60,997 bases of DNA, from the NCBI GenBank assembly GCA_029941135.1, contig JAPYRI010000005.1, positions 1-60,997 on the forward strand. The letters are read 5' to 3'. The notes beneath the pieces were generated by a model, which was given only the letters and a program-made list of their open reading frames with translations, was not told the origin of the DNA and ran no database searches. A program made the position numbers and the translations under genes. This document shows, one piece after another, positions 29,304 through 39,286 of the stretch (the first letter of the stretch is position 1; each line of letters opens with the position of its first letter). This DNA comes from Alphaproteobacteria bacterium (GTDB lineage: Bacteria; Pseudomonadota; Alphaproteobacteria; JAPYRI01).

Positions 29304-30410
29304 ATGCGGGCATACGGAAAATTCACGGCCATGGCGGCAGTCGCCGTTATTGCGTCAGTGAGCCTTCTGGGGTGCGACAATGAGCTTGGCAAAAAAGAGT
29401 ATTTAGTCACCGCCAATAAGCCCAACAACCTGCACTTAATCGATACCGAAACTCATGAGGTTGCCAAAACGTTTCTTATCCCGGGTGATGGCGCACCGGG
29501 GACGGTTTCCGTTTCGCCTGATGGCCAAGTGGCGTATGTGATCACCAATCACATGGAAAGTCTCGTCGGTATAAATCTGGATTCTGGCGAAGAGGTGTTC
29601 CGAGCCGATGCGTCTTACGACAACATCCGTTCAAAACATATGTTCGCGATGACCGTTAGTCGTGACGGCAAGGAAATATATTCGTTCCAGACCCCTGTGC
29701 GAATTTTGCCCGGCGAATATCAGGTTTTGGATACTCAAATTGCGGTCTACAAGACCGACGCCGGGTTGGATGCAAAACCCGTGCGCGTATTTCCCGCGCC
29801 ACGGCAGATCAGTGTTCTGGCGCCCTCGGTCGATGGCAAAACCATTTATGGACTCGGTCCATCAATTTTCGGCTTTAACGCTAAAACTGGCGAGATCGAG
29901 TCGTCTCATCCGTTGCGCGAATGGGGACGTCCTGATTACGGTGTGCCTGACATCTTGGCCGCTTGGCCAACTTTTGAAGTCTCCAATATTTTGACCGCGC
30001 CCTATTTTGTGCCACGTACAGACAAAGCCCCTGACGCGCCTGACGCAATGAAAACCGGATTGGTTTCTCTCAACCTTAAAACCGGGGAAGTCACTACAGA
30101 AGACTTCGAAAACACGTCGGTGTTGATATTTTCGACGGTCCAAAGTCCGATAAATCCGAACGAAGCCTATGGGGTCTATACCCAATTGACCAAGATTGAT
30201 CAGAAAGCCCATGTTGTTTCTAATCGCATCGACATGGACCATACCTTCTATGCGATCAACGTGTCCCATGACGGCAAAACACTTTACATGGGTGGCACCA
30301 TGGATGATGTCGTCGCTTACGATGCTGCAACTCTGGAGCCCAAATGGGCCGTCAAACTGCCCGGCGGTGGCGATCAGGGTCTCGCGTCCCTTAGGGTCGT
30401 CAGACGGTGA
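29304..30410 (+). CDS. qhpB: QHNDH beta subunit (beta-propeller)
   Basis: KPNNLHLID start and propeller repeats, in the expected position after qhpC. ATG at 29304 follows GGGAG. Signal ends in LLGC. Confidence 0.9.
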   Translation: MRAYGKFTAMAAVAVIASVSLLGCDNELGKKEYLVTANKPNNLHLIDTETHEVAKTFLIPGDGAPGTVSVSPDGQVAYVITNHMESLVGINLDSGEEVFRADASYDNIRSKHMFAMTVSRDGKEIYSFQTPVRILPGEYQVLDTQIAVYKTDAGLDAKPVRVFPAPRQISVLAPSVDGKTIYGLGPSIFGFNAKTGEIESSHPLREWGRPDYGVPDILAAWPTFEVSNILTAPYFVPRTDKAPDAPDAMKTGLVSLNLKTGEVTTEDFENTSVLIFSTVQSPINPNEAYGVYTQLTKIDQKAHVVSNRIDMDHTFYAINVSHDGKTLYMGGTMDDVVAYDAATLEPKWAVKLPGGGDQGLASLRVVRR

Positions 30411-30413
30411 CTT

Positions 30414-32162
30414 GTGGCTTCGGAAAATAGCGGACACTTTCACGAAGGCCAAAGTAACCCCTCTACCGAAGCAGTCGGCACAATTTCGTTTAAGTGGGTG
30501 TTTGAGTTCGTTCGCCCGCATGTACTTGCGCTGTCCGGCGTCGCCGCGCTTTCAATTGTGGCAACCGGCATTGGTCTCGCCCAGCCCTACCTGACAAAAT
30601 TTTTAATCGACGATGGCTTGATCGCGCGCGACAGCCAAATGCTCGCCACATATTGCGGCCTATTGTTTGCCGCTGCAATTATGTCAACCGCACTCGGGGG
30701 AGCCAATCGTTGGTATTACTTAAAAGTGTCGGCGCGGGTTTTATTCGCCATCCGCGAAGCAGTGTATGAGCATATGCAACGGTTATCCCCGCGCTGGTAT
30801 GCGCGCAAAAGTCGCGGCGATCTGATGGCCCGCATTGACGGAGATGTGGCCGAGGTTCAGCGCTTTGCGATTGACCCATTGCTTGCGCTTTCCAATAGCG
30901 CTATCGCGCTCGCCGGATCACTTGCGCTCATGATTTCTCTCAGCGGTGAATTGTCCCTGCTCGCCTTTGTATTGCTACCGCTGCAAGTCATTTACCTGCG
31001 TAAATTACGGCCGACAGTCGAACGGCGCACGCGGATTGTGCGCGAGCGCACTGGCGATATCACCGGGTTTTTCCTCGACCGACTGCAAACCATGAAGCTG
31101 ATCCAATCTTCGGGGGCAGAGGATCGGGAGTTGGACAAATTGGGACAGCTCAATCAAACATACCTCAAGGATTTGCTCTCGCTTCAAATTACAAATTTCT
31201 TTGCCAGCGCTGGGCCGGGCCTCATGACCGCCTTGATGACCACGATTGTATTTCTCACCGGTGGGATGATGGTCATCTATGAGGCGATGTCGTTGGGCAC
31301 CTTGATTGCGTTCTCGGCTTATCTCGCGCGCGCGACTGGACCCGTTAACACGCTTCTAGGCCTCTATGTCGGACTGCAACGGGCCCGTGTCAGTCTCGAC
31401 CGGGTGCGCGAATTGATGGATGCCATTCCCGAAGTGTCGTCTCCTGCGACGCCAATCTCTCTTCCAAGAGAAGCGAACGGAACCGTCGAATTGAAAACAA
31501 TCACGTTCGCCTTCACTGCTTCGGGAGCCAAGGTATTCGATGGCGCAACGCTTAATATACAGGGCGGCCACAAGATTGGGATCACCGGACCCTCCGGCGT
31601 AGGGAAAACCACTTTGATCGACTTACTTCTGCGTCACTATGACCCTGATCATGGGAGCCTTCATTTGGACGGCGTTAATTTGACCGACCTAGATCTCCTC
31701 GAGCTCAGAAGTCGGGTTGTCGTCGTCGCGCAAGACACGGTGATTGTCGCGGGCACAATCGCGGAAAACATCGCCTACGCCTGTCGTGAGGCCACTGACG
31801 AACAGATCGTCCAAGCAGCTAAGTCCGCTCAGATCGATAACGACATCCAGGCTTTCACCGATGGATACCAAACCATGCTTCAGACCGGCGGCGAAACCTT
31901 ATCTGGTGGCCAAAAGCAACGACTAGCCATTGCCCGCGCCCTACTCCAGAACCCTTTGGTACTCATCCTTGATGAAGCTACGGCGTCGGTCGACGAAGAT
32001 ACCGCCGCCGAAATTACACGCTCGGTGGATGCTTTATTTGGTGATCGCACCCGCATTGTCATTAGCCATCACCCGGTAGCGCTTGCGGGCGCAGATCAAA
32101 TAGTAGAGCTGGTCGACGGCGGATTTGTTCGCGCACGAATCGGGCAGCAAGGCCCTCAATGA
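30414..32162 (+). CDS. qhpF: ABC exporter (fused TMD+NBD) for the QHNDH gamma subunit
   Basis: TM domain, Walker A GPSGVGKTT, LSGGQKQR and LILDEAT. Operon position. Confidence 0.85.
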   Translation: MASENSGHFHEGQSNPSTEAVGTISFKWVFEFVRPHVLALSGVAALSIVATGIGLAQPYLTKFLIDDGLIARDSQMLATYCGLLFAAAIMSTALGGANRWYYLKVSARVLFAIREAVYEHMQRLSPRWYARKSRGDLMARIDGDVAEVQRFAIDPLLALSNSAIALAGSLALMISLSGELSLLAFVLLPLQVIYLRKLRPTVERRTRIVRERTGDITGFFLDRLQTMKLIQSSGAEDRELDKLGQLNQTYLKDLLSLQITNFFASAGPGLMTALMTTIVFLTGGMMVIYEAMSLGTLIAFSAYLARATGPVNTLLGLYVGLQRARVSLDRVRELMDAIPEVSSPATPISLPREANGTVELKTITFAFTASGAKVFDGATLNIQGGHKIGITGPSGVGKTTLIDLLLRHYDPDHGSLHLDGVNLTDLDLLELRSRVVVVAQDTVIVAGTIAENIAYACREATDEQIVQAAKSAQIDNDIQAFTDGYQTMLQTGGETLSGGQKQRLAIARALLQNPLVLILDEATASVDEDTAAEITRSVDALFGDRTRIVISHHPVALAGADQIVELVDGGFVRARIGQQGPQ

Positions 32163-32845
32163 CTTTACTTGTCGGAATTTTGGATAGCGGACTTGATGAT
32201 CAGTTGATCAACCGCGCGGCCGGCAGTGCGGCCTTTCAAATGGATGGCTCGTACAACGTCAAACAAGTGCCCGCTGTAAGCGTCCGAACGGGTCATGGCT
32301 CTCGTCTAGCCCGCGTTGTCCTGTCGTCGATCGATGAAATCGAATTCCTCAATGCCCAGGTTTTTACTGACTTGGGATCAAGCAGCCCGGTGGTGATCGC
32401 GACCGGCCTTGATTGGTTGATGGATGCTGGGGCCAAAATCATCAATATGAGTTTCGGGCTCAACGCCGACAGATCCGTATTGCGGGACGCCTGCGTCCGG
32501 GCGTTGGCTGCCGGCATCATACTTGTCGCGTCGTCACCACCACGCGGAAGCCCGGTCTATCCCGCCGCCTATGAAGGTGTGATATCGGTAACCGGTGATG
32601 CCCGGTGTGCGCCAGGTGAAACCTCCTTCCTAAATACGCCGACCGTTCAGTTCGGTGCTTGTGTCCATCCGCGTGGAGATCATCCAGGACAACCGGGTGT
32701 CAGCGGATCCAGCATCGCAGCGGCTCATTTGACGGGATCCATCGCCAAAATCCTCGGTTCTCAGCCGGAATTCTCTCCGGCCCTTGTCATTCAGTCCGTC
32801 GTCGAACAGTGCAGTTATCTCGGAGTTGAGCGGCGGACACAGTGA
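32159..32845 (+). CDS. qhpE: Subtilisin-like leader peptidase
   Basis: ILDSG (Asp), GHGS (His), INMSFG, YPAAY and SGSSIAA (Ser). Confidence 0.85.
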   Translation: MTLLVGILDSGLDDQLINRAAGSAAFQMDGSYNVKQVPAVSVRTGHGSRLARVVLSSIDEIEFLNAQVFTDLGSSSPVVIATGLDWLMDAGAKIINMSFGLNADRSVLRDACVRALAAGIILVASSPPRGSPVYPAAYEGVISVTGDARCAPGETSFLNTPTVQFGACVHPRGDHPGQPGVSGSSIAAAHLTGSIAKILGSQPEFSPALVIQSVVEQCSYLGVERRTQ

Positions 32846-34145
32846 GTCCGTCCGGCCCCATTATGTGCTGTGCCCGCAGCCAATTGAGCGCCATCCCTTC
32901 TTTGACATCCACAGATTCTTGACCATCGATCAGATCTATTAGCGGCACCAAAGGCGTGCCTTCAATAAACCTCACGCCGCGGGGTTGATTGGCCGTAACA
33001 ACGACTTCCCGGCGCTCAATAAAGCCGTTCTCGATAACGGCCGTTCTTTGGATACGGGGAACTTGACCTGCTGGCACAGCATGCGCGGGTACCTCGTCCG
33101 GCCAGTCACGTCGGGTCTGCCAATATGACAGATCTGACCAGCGTTGCTCGGATCGATAAAAATCCCGCCCCACCCGGGCGTGCCGCAGAAACGCCTCACG
33201 TGCGCGGGTTCGATAGAAGTCGCGCGCCAACTCCGCAACTCTGGGTCTTTGCAATATCGTATGCACCACGGGTGCCGCCGCCATCCCGGCGCCGACCGCT
33301 TCAAACATGCCATGCCCTGACAATGGGTCAATTCCAAACGCTGCATCACCCACCCGAATAACTCCCTCTGAAATTGGCTTCTCGTGCAAATAGGGGGTCG
33401 ATTCGCGCACCAAAACTGGACTGATCGCACGAGCATTTTTGCCGAGGCACTGCTGAATTTCCGGAATTTGATCAATCAGCGCATCGAACAAAGGCGTCAA
33501 ATTTGAGTGTCGCGCCCACGATCCTCGTGCGCCATCTACGATGATTTGCAAACTGCCGCCAGACTCGTCATCGCCCGCGAACCACGCCCACCCTTTGGGA
33601 AAACTCGCGATCCAGGTGCCCGCGTGCGAGATCGCACAGTTTTCGAAACGGCGGGACAACGCCAAACCAGGGCACCCACGCGTGGCGACCGCGCGCGACC
33701 GCGGGGCACGGCGTCCCCGGGCCTCAACCAGAAAATGACCGCGCATTTCACTGTACGCACCGCCAAGCCTGACAAACTGAACCCGGCATTCCTCAGCCGT
33801 AGACCGAACGTTTACTATTCGGCCTTCGGTGACGGCAACGCCACTTGCTTGAGCATCGGCCAGGAGGGCTGCGTCGAATTCGCGACGGCTAAGCAGCTGC
33901 TCCGTGTTGGCATCGCTTGTTGCACCATTCCAGCTCGCAGTGCGTGGCACAGGATCGCCCAGAAGGGCGACGGCACGCACGCATCCCGCATTCTTCAGAC
34001 CCTCTAGCACACGGATTGAAAGTCCTTCGATTATGACAGATGTCCGATGTTGAGCGATCAAGTGAACTTGATACCCAAGCCGGCTTAAGTGAAGGGCAGA
34101 CACGCATCCAGCAGGACCACCACCGAGGACAATAACATTTTCCAT
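32787..34145 (-). CDS. qhpG: FAD-dependent monooxygenase (Trp hydroxylase for CTQ)
   Basis: GGGPAG, VEARGR and VGDAAFGIDPLSGHG. Convergent with qhpE, overlapping it by 59 bp. Confidence 0.85.
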   Translation of the reverse strand: MENVIVLGGGPAGCVSALHLSRLGYQVHLIAQHRTSVIIEGLSIRVLEGLKNAGCVRAVALLGDPVPRTASWNGATSDANTEQLLSRREFDAALLADAQASGVAVTEGRIVNVRSTAEECRVQFVRLGGAYSEMRGHFLVEARGRRAPRSRAVATRGCPGLALSRRFENCAISHAGTWIASFPKGWAWFAGDDESGGSLQIIVDGARGSWARHSNLTPLFDALIDQIPEIQQCLGKNARAISPVLVRESTPYLHEKPISEGVIRVGDAAFGIDPLSGHGMFEAVGAGMAAAPVVHTILQRPRVAELARDFYRTRAREAFLRHARVGRDFYRSEQRWSDLSYWQTRRDWPDEVPAHAVPAGQVPRIQRTAVIENGFIERREVVVTANQPRGVRFIEGTPLVPLIDLIDGQESVDVKEGMALNWLRAQHIMGPDGLTVSAAQLRDNCTVRRRTE

Positions 34146-34172
34146 GTCCGTTTACGCTCGATCTTGTGTCGG

Positions 34173-35375
34173 CTACGTGCCGGAGGCCACTCCACGCTGA
34201 GCTGTCAAATGAAAGGCGAGCGCCAGAGACCCACCAAGAGTCATTGCGATTGCCATCGGCCAGGCCGAATCCACTATGAAAAGGCCGATCATGTAAGACA
34301 TGGCTGCGCCCACCATCATTTGAAGGCAACCAGATAGTCCGGCTGCTGCGCCAGCACGGGAAGTATCAACGCTGACAACCCCGGCCAGGGAGTTGGGTGC
34401 GCTCATCCCGTTGCCCAACCCGACGCCCATCATCGGCAAGAATAAGGTTAAAGGGCTTAGCCATTGAAACAACAAAACCAGACTAAAACTAGCCCCCGCC
34501 AGGAGGGTAGTAAGCGTTCCCAGCGTGATCATGAGATTAATTCCCACTTTGGGCGACAGTTTACCCGCAATAAAGTTACCCACGATAAACATCGCAGCAA
34601 CTCCGATAAAATAGCGCCCATAGTCGCTCGCCGATTGTCCCAATAACTCCATCATCACGTAGGGCGCACCGCCAACAAACGCGAAAAATGTTCCAACTGA
34701 AAATGCCCCTTGAAAGGCATAACCGCGAAATACTGGCATCCTCAGCAAATGAGCAAAACTTGCGAATGAGCTCGCGAAGCTAATGGCTTCACCGCCCATA
34801 GGCTTCATGGTTTCATGCAATATTCGCCAAGCCCCCGCAGTTACCAGAGCGCCCAAAGCCAATATCAAAGCAAAAATTGAGCGCCACCCCAACCACTCGT
34901 CCAGATAGCCCCCAACTAGGGGCGCCAGCATCGGCGCAACCACCATCCCCATGTTGACATACGCTAGCCGACTTGCCGTTTGTTCGCGATCAAACAGGTC
35001 GCGAACGATCGTGCGTCCCAATACTAATCCGGCACCTCCGCCCAAGGCTTGAATAACACGGCCAAAAACCAATACTTCGATCGATTGAGCGACCAAGCAA
35101 ATTACTGTTCCGATGAGGAACAGAAATAGCCCGACGAACAGCATCGGACGCCGTCCAAAAATGTCGGATAACGGGCCATAAATTAACTGGGCGATTGCAA
35201 GCCCCACCAAAAACAAAGTCAATACGAGCTGGATGGTTTCGTAATCGGTATCGAAAACGCCGACCAAATCCGGCATTGACGGCAGAAAAATGTTCAGAGT
35301 CAGAGGTCCGAGCGCAATAATCGCGGTCACGGCCACCATGAAGATCAGAGGAACTTTTGGCGCCGCACTGGTCAT
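34173..35375 (-). CDS. Bcr/CflA family MFS transporter
   Basis: NIFLPSMP, YGPLSDIFGRRP, RVIQALG and LGWRSIF. Confidence 0.9.
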   Translation of the reverse strand: MTSAAPKVPLIFMVAVTAIIALGPLTLNIFLPSMPDLVGVFDTDYETIQLVLTLFLVGLAIAQLIYGPLSDIFGRRPMLFVGLFLFLIGTVICLVAQSIEVLVFGRVIQALGGGAGLVLGRTIVRDLFDREQTASRLAYVNMGMVVAPMLAPLVGGYLDEWLGWRSIFALILALGALVTAGAWRILHETMKPMGGEAISFASSFASFAHLLRMPVFRGYAFQGAFSVGTFFAFVGGAPYVMMELLGQSASDYGRYFIGVAAMFIVGNFIAGKLSPKVGINLMITLGTLTTLLAGASFSLVLLFQWLSPLTLFLPMMGVGLGNGMSAPNSLAGVVSVDTSRAGAAAGLSGCLQMMVGAAMSYMIGLFIVDSAWPMAIAMTLGGSLALAFHLTAQRGVASGT

Positions 35376-35451
35376 ACGCAGAAACGCGCTCCCTACAGGT
35401 TACTGGATTGCGGGTTTACGGCGCCCGCTGAGCCGACGTGCAAACGAACAA

Positions 35452-37857
35452 TTATTCTGCGGCTTGCCGATTCTGTTGAATCAGTTTCCAGATGACATTG
35501 GGACGCAGGGGCAGTTCCGTGATTTCGACACCCAAGGGTTCAAGAGCATCAGTGACCGCATTGGACAATGCACCCGGGACCGGTCCCGGAACACCTTCAC
35601 CGATACCACGGCTGCCCAAGGGCGTATAGGGACAGGGGGTCGGCGCATGGGTGACTTCAACATGCGGCACGTCAGCCGCCGTCGCCAATTTGTAGTTTTC
35701 CAGTGTGCTGGTCAATTGCTGACCTGTGTCATCGTAGACAAATTCCTCAAAAATGCAGTTTGAGATGCCTTGAACGACACCACCGGTAATTTGACCATCG
35801 ACAATCTGCGGGTTTATCACCCGGCCCATATCTTCCGATGTCATATAGCGCTTAATCTCGAATTGTCCTGTCGTTGCATCAACTTCAACAATCGCTGCAT
35901 GCGCGGCAAAACAGATCATTGGCATCGCCGCTTCAAAATAAGCCGTGTGCTCAAGACCGGCTTCCTCACCCTCGGGCAAATCCAGTGGTGTCATAACAAT
36001 ACGATAGGCAAGTTCAGCGAAAGTAGTTCGAATGTTTGTGTCTTTCCGATAAATAATTTCGCCATCGATGAAATCGAAATCTTCCGGTTTGGCACTCACC
36101 GAAAAATCATGCGCCGCAATCCGGCTCATCTTTTCCTTGATGTGACGGCACGCTTGGGCCACCGCACTCAATTTGTAGGAACCTGCGCGCGCGCCAATGG
36201 TGCCGCAGCCAAACGGCGTGTTATCCGTATCGCCTTGGCTGTGTTTCACATCGTCCGGAGAAATTCCCATCTCGTGCGCAACCACCTGAGCGACCGTGGT
36301 TTCATGGCCCTGCCCTTGCGAGCAATCGCCGTCGCACACTTGAACTTTTCCCCTCGGATCGACTCGCACCATCGCCGCGCCATAACCGGGTTGATTTTCC
36401 ATTTGAACCAAAACTTCGGACGCCATCCCCGACGCTTCCGCGCCTAGCCCGAAACCAATGCCCAAATAACGACCCTGCTTTCGCGCCTCTTCTTGCTCCC
36501 GGCGAAAACCGGTGAGGTCAATTTTTTCAACCAGATTGTCCAATACCTTTATAAAATTGCCGCTGTCGTAGTTAAAGCCGGTGGCCGTGGTGTACGGAAA
36601 TTCGGTGACTAAGTTCATACGTTGGACCGCCGTCGGCTCCAGACCGAGCTCGCGCGCCACTGTGTGCATTGCGCGCTCCATGGCAAATCGCGCAGGATAA
36701 GATCCGAACGACCGCGCCGGCGACAACACTGCCTTATTGGTAAAGGCCACTTTCAACTTTATGTCGCAATTGGGAATGTCATAGCCGCTGGGCAACAGCA
36801 CCGCGCCCAAAAACGGCATCAGGTAACCCCAATAAACCCCTTCACAGCCATCGCCGCCATCGGCGATTATGCGATCGCGCAATGCCAAGATGCGGCCATC
36901 CGAGCGGGCGGCAATTTCCAGATCATGTATTTGATCCCGCTCCTGGCTGATCGACATGAGATGTTCTTCACGGCTTTCGATCCAGCGTACTGGCCGGCCA
37001 AGTTTTCTCGCCATGTGGCAAATCAATATGGGTTCGCGATAGAACGGCGCTTTGGTGCCGAAGGCGCCTCCTTGGTCGCGCGGCGCCATAACGCGCACTT
37101 GCTCAGCCGGAATACTGAGAATGTCGGATAGCGCAAGCCGATCAATGTGCGGGCGCTGTGTCGTAATCCAGGCACTAAGTCCTTCGGCATGATCCCAATC
37201 GGCGACCACCCCCCGCGGCTCCATGGGCGTGACCCCGCAACGGTGACAACGGTACCGACGTTTAACCACCAAGTCGGCTTCTTCGAATATTTTTGCCACG
37301 CGGACGTCGTTGGCCTCTTGATCGGCAATTTCCTCGCCACCGGTAAGCGATGATTCGTATTGAATATTATCGTCAAACTGTTCGTGCACGCGGGTGGCGT
37401 CGGGGGCCAGTGCCGCTTCCATGTCTCCCACATAGGGCAGCATTTCATAGTCCACCATGACAAGTTCAGCGGCGTCTTCGGCTACGTATTTATCCCTGGC
37501 GACAATTGCCGCGACTGGTTCCCCATGAAATTTGACTTTGCCGATGGCCAAGGGGCCGAAAGTGGGGTGATTGGCCGGAATGTTGGGCACCACGATCGGC
37601 TGGGGCATGAGCAAAATTTCTTCCGCCAATTGCTTGCCCGCGATTACAGCGACAACGCCCTTGAGCTCTTCGGCTGCTGACGTGTCAATGTTTACTATTT
37701 TTGCGTGGGCATGCAGGCTGCGGACAAACACCAAATGAAGCATGCCGGGCAGTTGAATGTCGCCGATGAAATTGCCTTTGCCCGTGGTCAAACGATAATC
37801 TTCCTTACGCTTTAGCTTGCGTCCCAGCCACCCTTTGCCCGCCTCGGTATCGGTCAT
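35452..37857 (-). CDS. Xanthine oxidase family Mo-hydroxylase, molybdopterin-binding large subunit (CoxL-like, not CODH)
   Basis: RKEDYRL.TGKG, GGAFGTK, QGQGHET, INPQIVDGQITGG and SRGIGE. Active-site loop reads PARSFG. Confidence 0.9.
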   Translation of the reverse strand: MTDTEAGKGWLGRKLKRKEDYRLTTGKGNFIGDIQLPGMLHLVFVRSLHAHAKIVNIDTSAAEELKGVVAVIAGKQLAEEILLMPQPIVVPNIPANHPTFGPLAIGKVKFHGEPVAAIVARDKYVAEDAAELVMVDYEMLPYVGDMEAALAPDATRVHEQFDDNIQYESSLTGGEEIADQEANDVRVAKIFEEADLVVKRRYRCHRCGVTPMEPRGVVADWDHAEGLSAWITTQRPHIDRLALSDILSIPAEQVRVMAPRDQGGAFGTKAPFYREPILICHMARKLGRPVRWIESREEHLMSISQERDQIHDLEIAARSDGRILALRDRIIADGGDGCEGVYWGYLMPFLGAVLLPSGYDIPNCDIKLKVAFTNKAVLSPARSFGSYPARFAMERAMHTVARELGLEPTAVQRMNLVTEFPYTTATGFNYDSGNFIKVLDNLVEKIDLTGFRREQEEARKQGRYLGIGFGLGAEASGMASEVLVQMENQPGYGAAMVRVDPRGKVQVCDGDCSQGQGHETTVAQVVAHEMGISPDDVKHSQGDTDNTPFGCGTIGARAGSYKLSAVAQACRHIKEKMSRIAAHDFSVSAKPEDFDFIDGEIIYRKDTNIRTTFAELAYRIVMTPLDLPEGEEAGLEHTAYFEAAMPMICFAAHAAIVEVDATTGQFEIKRYMTSEDMGRVINPQIVDGQITGGVVQGISNCIFEEFVYDDTGQQLTSTLENYKLATAADVPHVEVTHAPTPCPYTPLGSRGIGEGVPGPVPGALSNAVTDALEPLGVEITELPLRPNVIWKLIQQNRQAAE

Positions 37858-38324
37858 GCCATTTTCTCCGCCGCGCTTTTAATCGCTGTAACAATATTTA
37901 CGTAGCCCGTGCATCGGCACAGATTTCCAATCAAAGCTTCGCGTATTTCATCTTCCGACGGATCTGGATTTTCCTTCAAAAACTCTTCCGCATTCATCAA
38001 AATTCCGGGGGTGCAATAGCCGCACTGAAGGGCGTGGTGCTCGTTAAACTCTTCCTGCAGGGGATGCAATTTGCCGTCCTGCGCCAATCCTTCGACCGTG
38101 GCCACCTCATGGCCATCTGCTTGGACAGCGAGCATCAGGCATGATTTAACCGCTTCGCTGTCGATCTGTATGGTGCAGGCGCCACATACACCCTCATACG
38201 TACACCCGACATGTGTGCCAGTGAGGCCGGCCACGTCGCGAATAAAATCCACCAGTAACAAGCGCACCGGAATGTGTTCTTGATACTCTTCACCATTAAT
38301 GGTGATGGTTACATCTTTGTACAT
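37854..38324 (-). CDS. Mo-hydroxylase 2x[2Fe-2S] small subunit (CoxS-like)
   Basis: GCTYEGVCGACT...SC, QCGYCTPG and NLCRCTGY. Confidence 0.95.
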   Translation of the reverse strand: MYKDVTITINGEEYQEHIPVRLLLVDFIRDVAGLTGTHVGCTYEGVCGACTIQIDSEAVKSCLMLAVQADGHEVATVEGLAQDGKLHPLQEEFNEHHALQCGYCTPGILMNAEEFLKENPDPSEDEIREALIGNLCRCTGYVNIVTAIKSAAEKMA

Positions 38325-38352
38325 CTAACTTAAATTTCCCCCAGTTACCGCA

Positions 38353-39237
38353 CTAACTCCCGGTTTCCGCGCGATTGAACGCCGTGGCTGTTACTTCCTT
38401 GCCCAATTCCCGCATGAGCAAGCGGCGATAGTCTTCGTCAGCCCACATGTCAGCTTGAACTTCTAGTTCTGCGGCCGCCGCCTCGAACGCTTCACCGATT
38501 TTGCTGGTTTCGTCTGCCCTTGCACCAATCAAAACTTGCTCCGCTGCCGCCGATCGGCAGGGCCCATCACCTAAGCCACTGAAGGCAACGCGCGCCCGCA
38601 GGCAAATACCGGCCGCATCGGTCTGCACCAACACGGCGACCCCGACCACCGGCAAGGCGTCCGCCACCAATCCCCACTTTTTGTAGGCGCTCCCCGTATT
38701 TGGTTCGGGTGTCGGCAAAGTCACCGCCACCAAGATCTCATTGTCTTCACGCGCAGTCTCCAAGGGTGATCCCAGAAAATCATCCGCAACCAAAGTTCTT
38801 TTCGCACCCGTGCGCGAGACCAGTTCGACGCTTGCGCCTATGCCCAGACAAGCCGCTGGCGTGCACGCGGCAATGTAATTCCAACAAAGACTGCCACCAA
38901 TTGTTCCGCGATTGCGGACTTGCCGGTCACCAACATGGGCCGCCGCGTCAACAAGGGCTCCATAGGCGCCACGTAGTTTGTCGGCATTGGCCATCTCACG
39001 GTAGCGGGTCATGGCGCCAATGCGCAGACCCGTATCATCACTGGAAATGCCCTTAATTTCAGATACATCCTGCAAATCGACCAGGCAGGATGGTGACACC
39101 AGTCGCGACTTTATGGCTTGCATCAAACTCATGCCGCCGGCAATAAACATCGCGTCTTCGCCCCCGTCGACGATGGCTGCAATTGCTTCATCGACAGATT
39201 TTGGCCGAACGTAGTTATCAATGACGGAGGGGTACAT
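38353..39237 (-). CDS. Mo-hydroxylase FAD-binding medium subunit (CoxM-like)
   Basis: IAGGMSL, IGAMT and QVRNRGTIGGSL. Confidence 0.9.
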   Translation of the reverse strand: MYPSVIDNYVRPKSVDEAIAAIVDGGEDAMFIAGGMSLMQAIKSRLVSPSCLVDLQDVSEIKGISSDDTGLRIGAMTRYREMANADKLRGAYGALVDAAAHVGDRQVRNRGTIGGSLCWNYIAACTPAACLGIGASVELVSRTGAKRTLVADDFLGSPLETAREDNEILVAVTLPTPEPNTGSAYKKWGLVADALPVVGVAVLVQTDAAGICLRARVAFSGLGDGPCRSAAAEQVLIGARADETSKIGEAFEAAAAELEVQADMWADEDYRRLLMRELGKEVTATAFNRAETGS

Positions 39238-39286
39238 GGGAGTTTCCCGAAATGGTAATTATCTTGAGGCCATCATTATCCTATTC

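Noticed and set aside
35290-37680. Series of long plus-strand ORFs (e.g. 35770-36447, 36622-37131)
   Set aside because: They are antisense shadows of the Mo-hydroxylase large subunit with no recognisable motifs. The same applies to 45627-46343, 48000-48674, 39658-40266 and 29862-30521.
35452-39237. Aerobic CO dehydrogenase (coxMSL)
   Set aside because: The gene order fits, but the loop is PARSFG rather than AYxCSFR or AYxGAGR, and there are no cox accessory genes.
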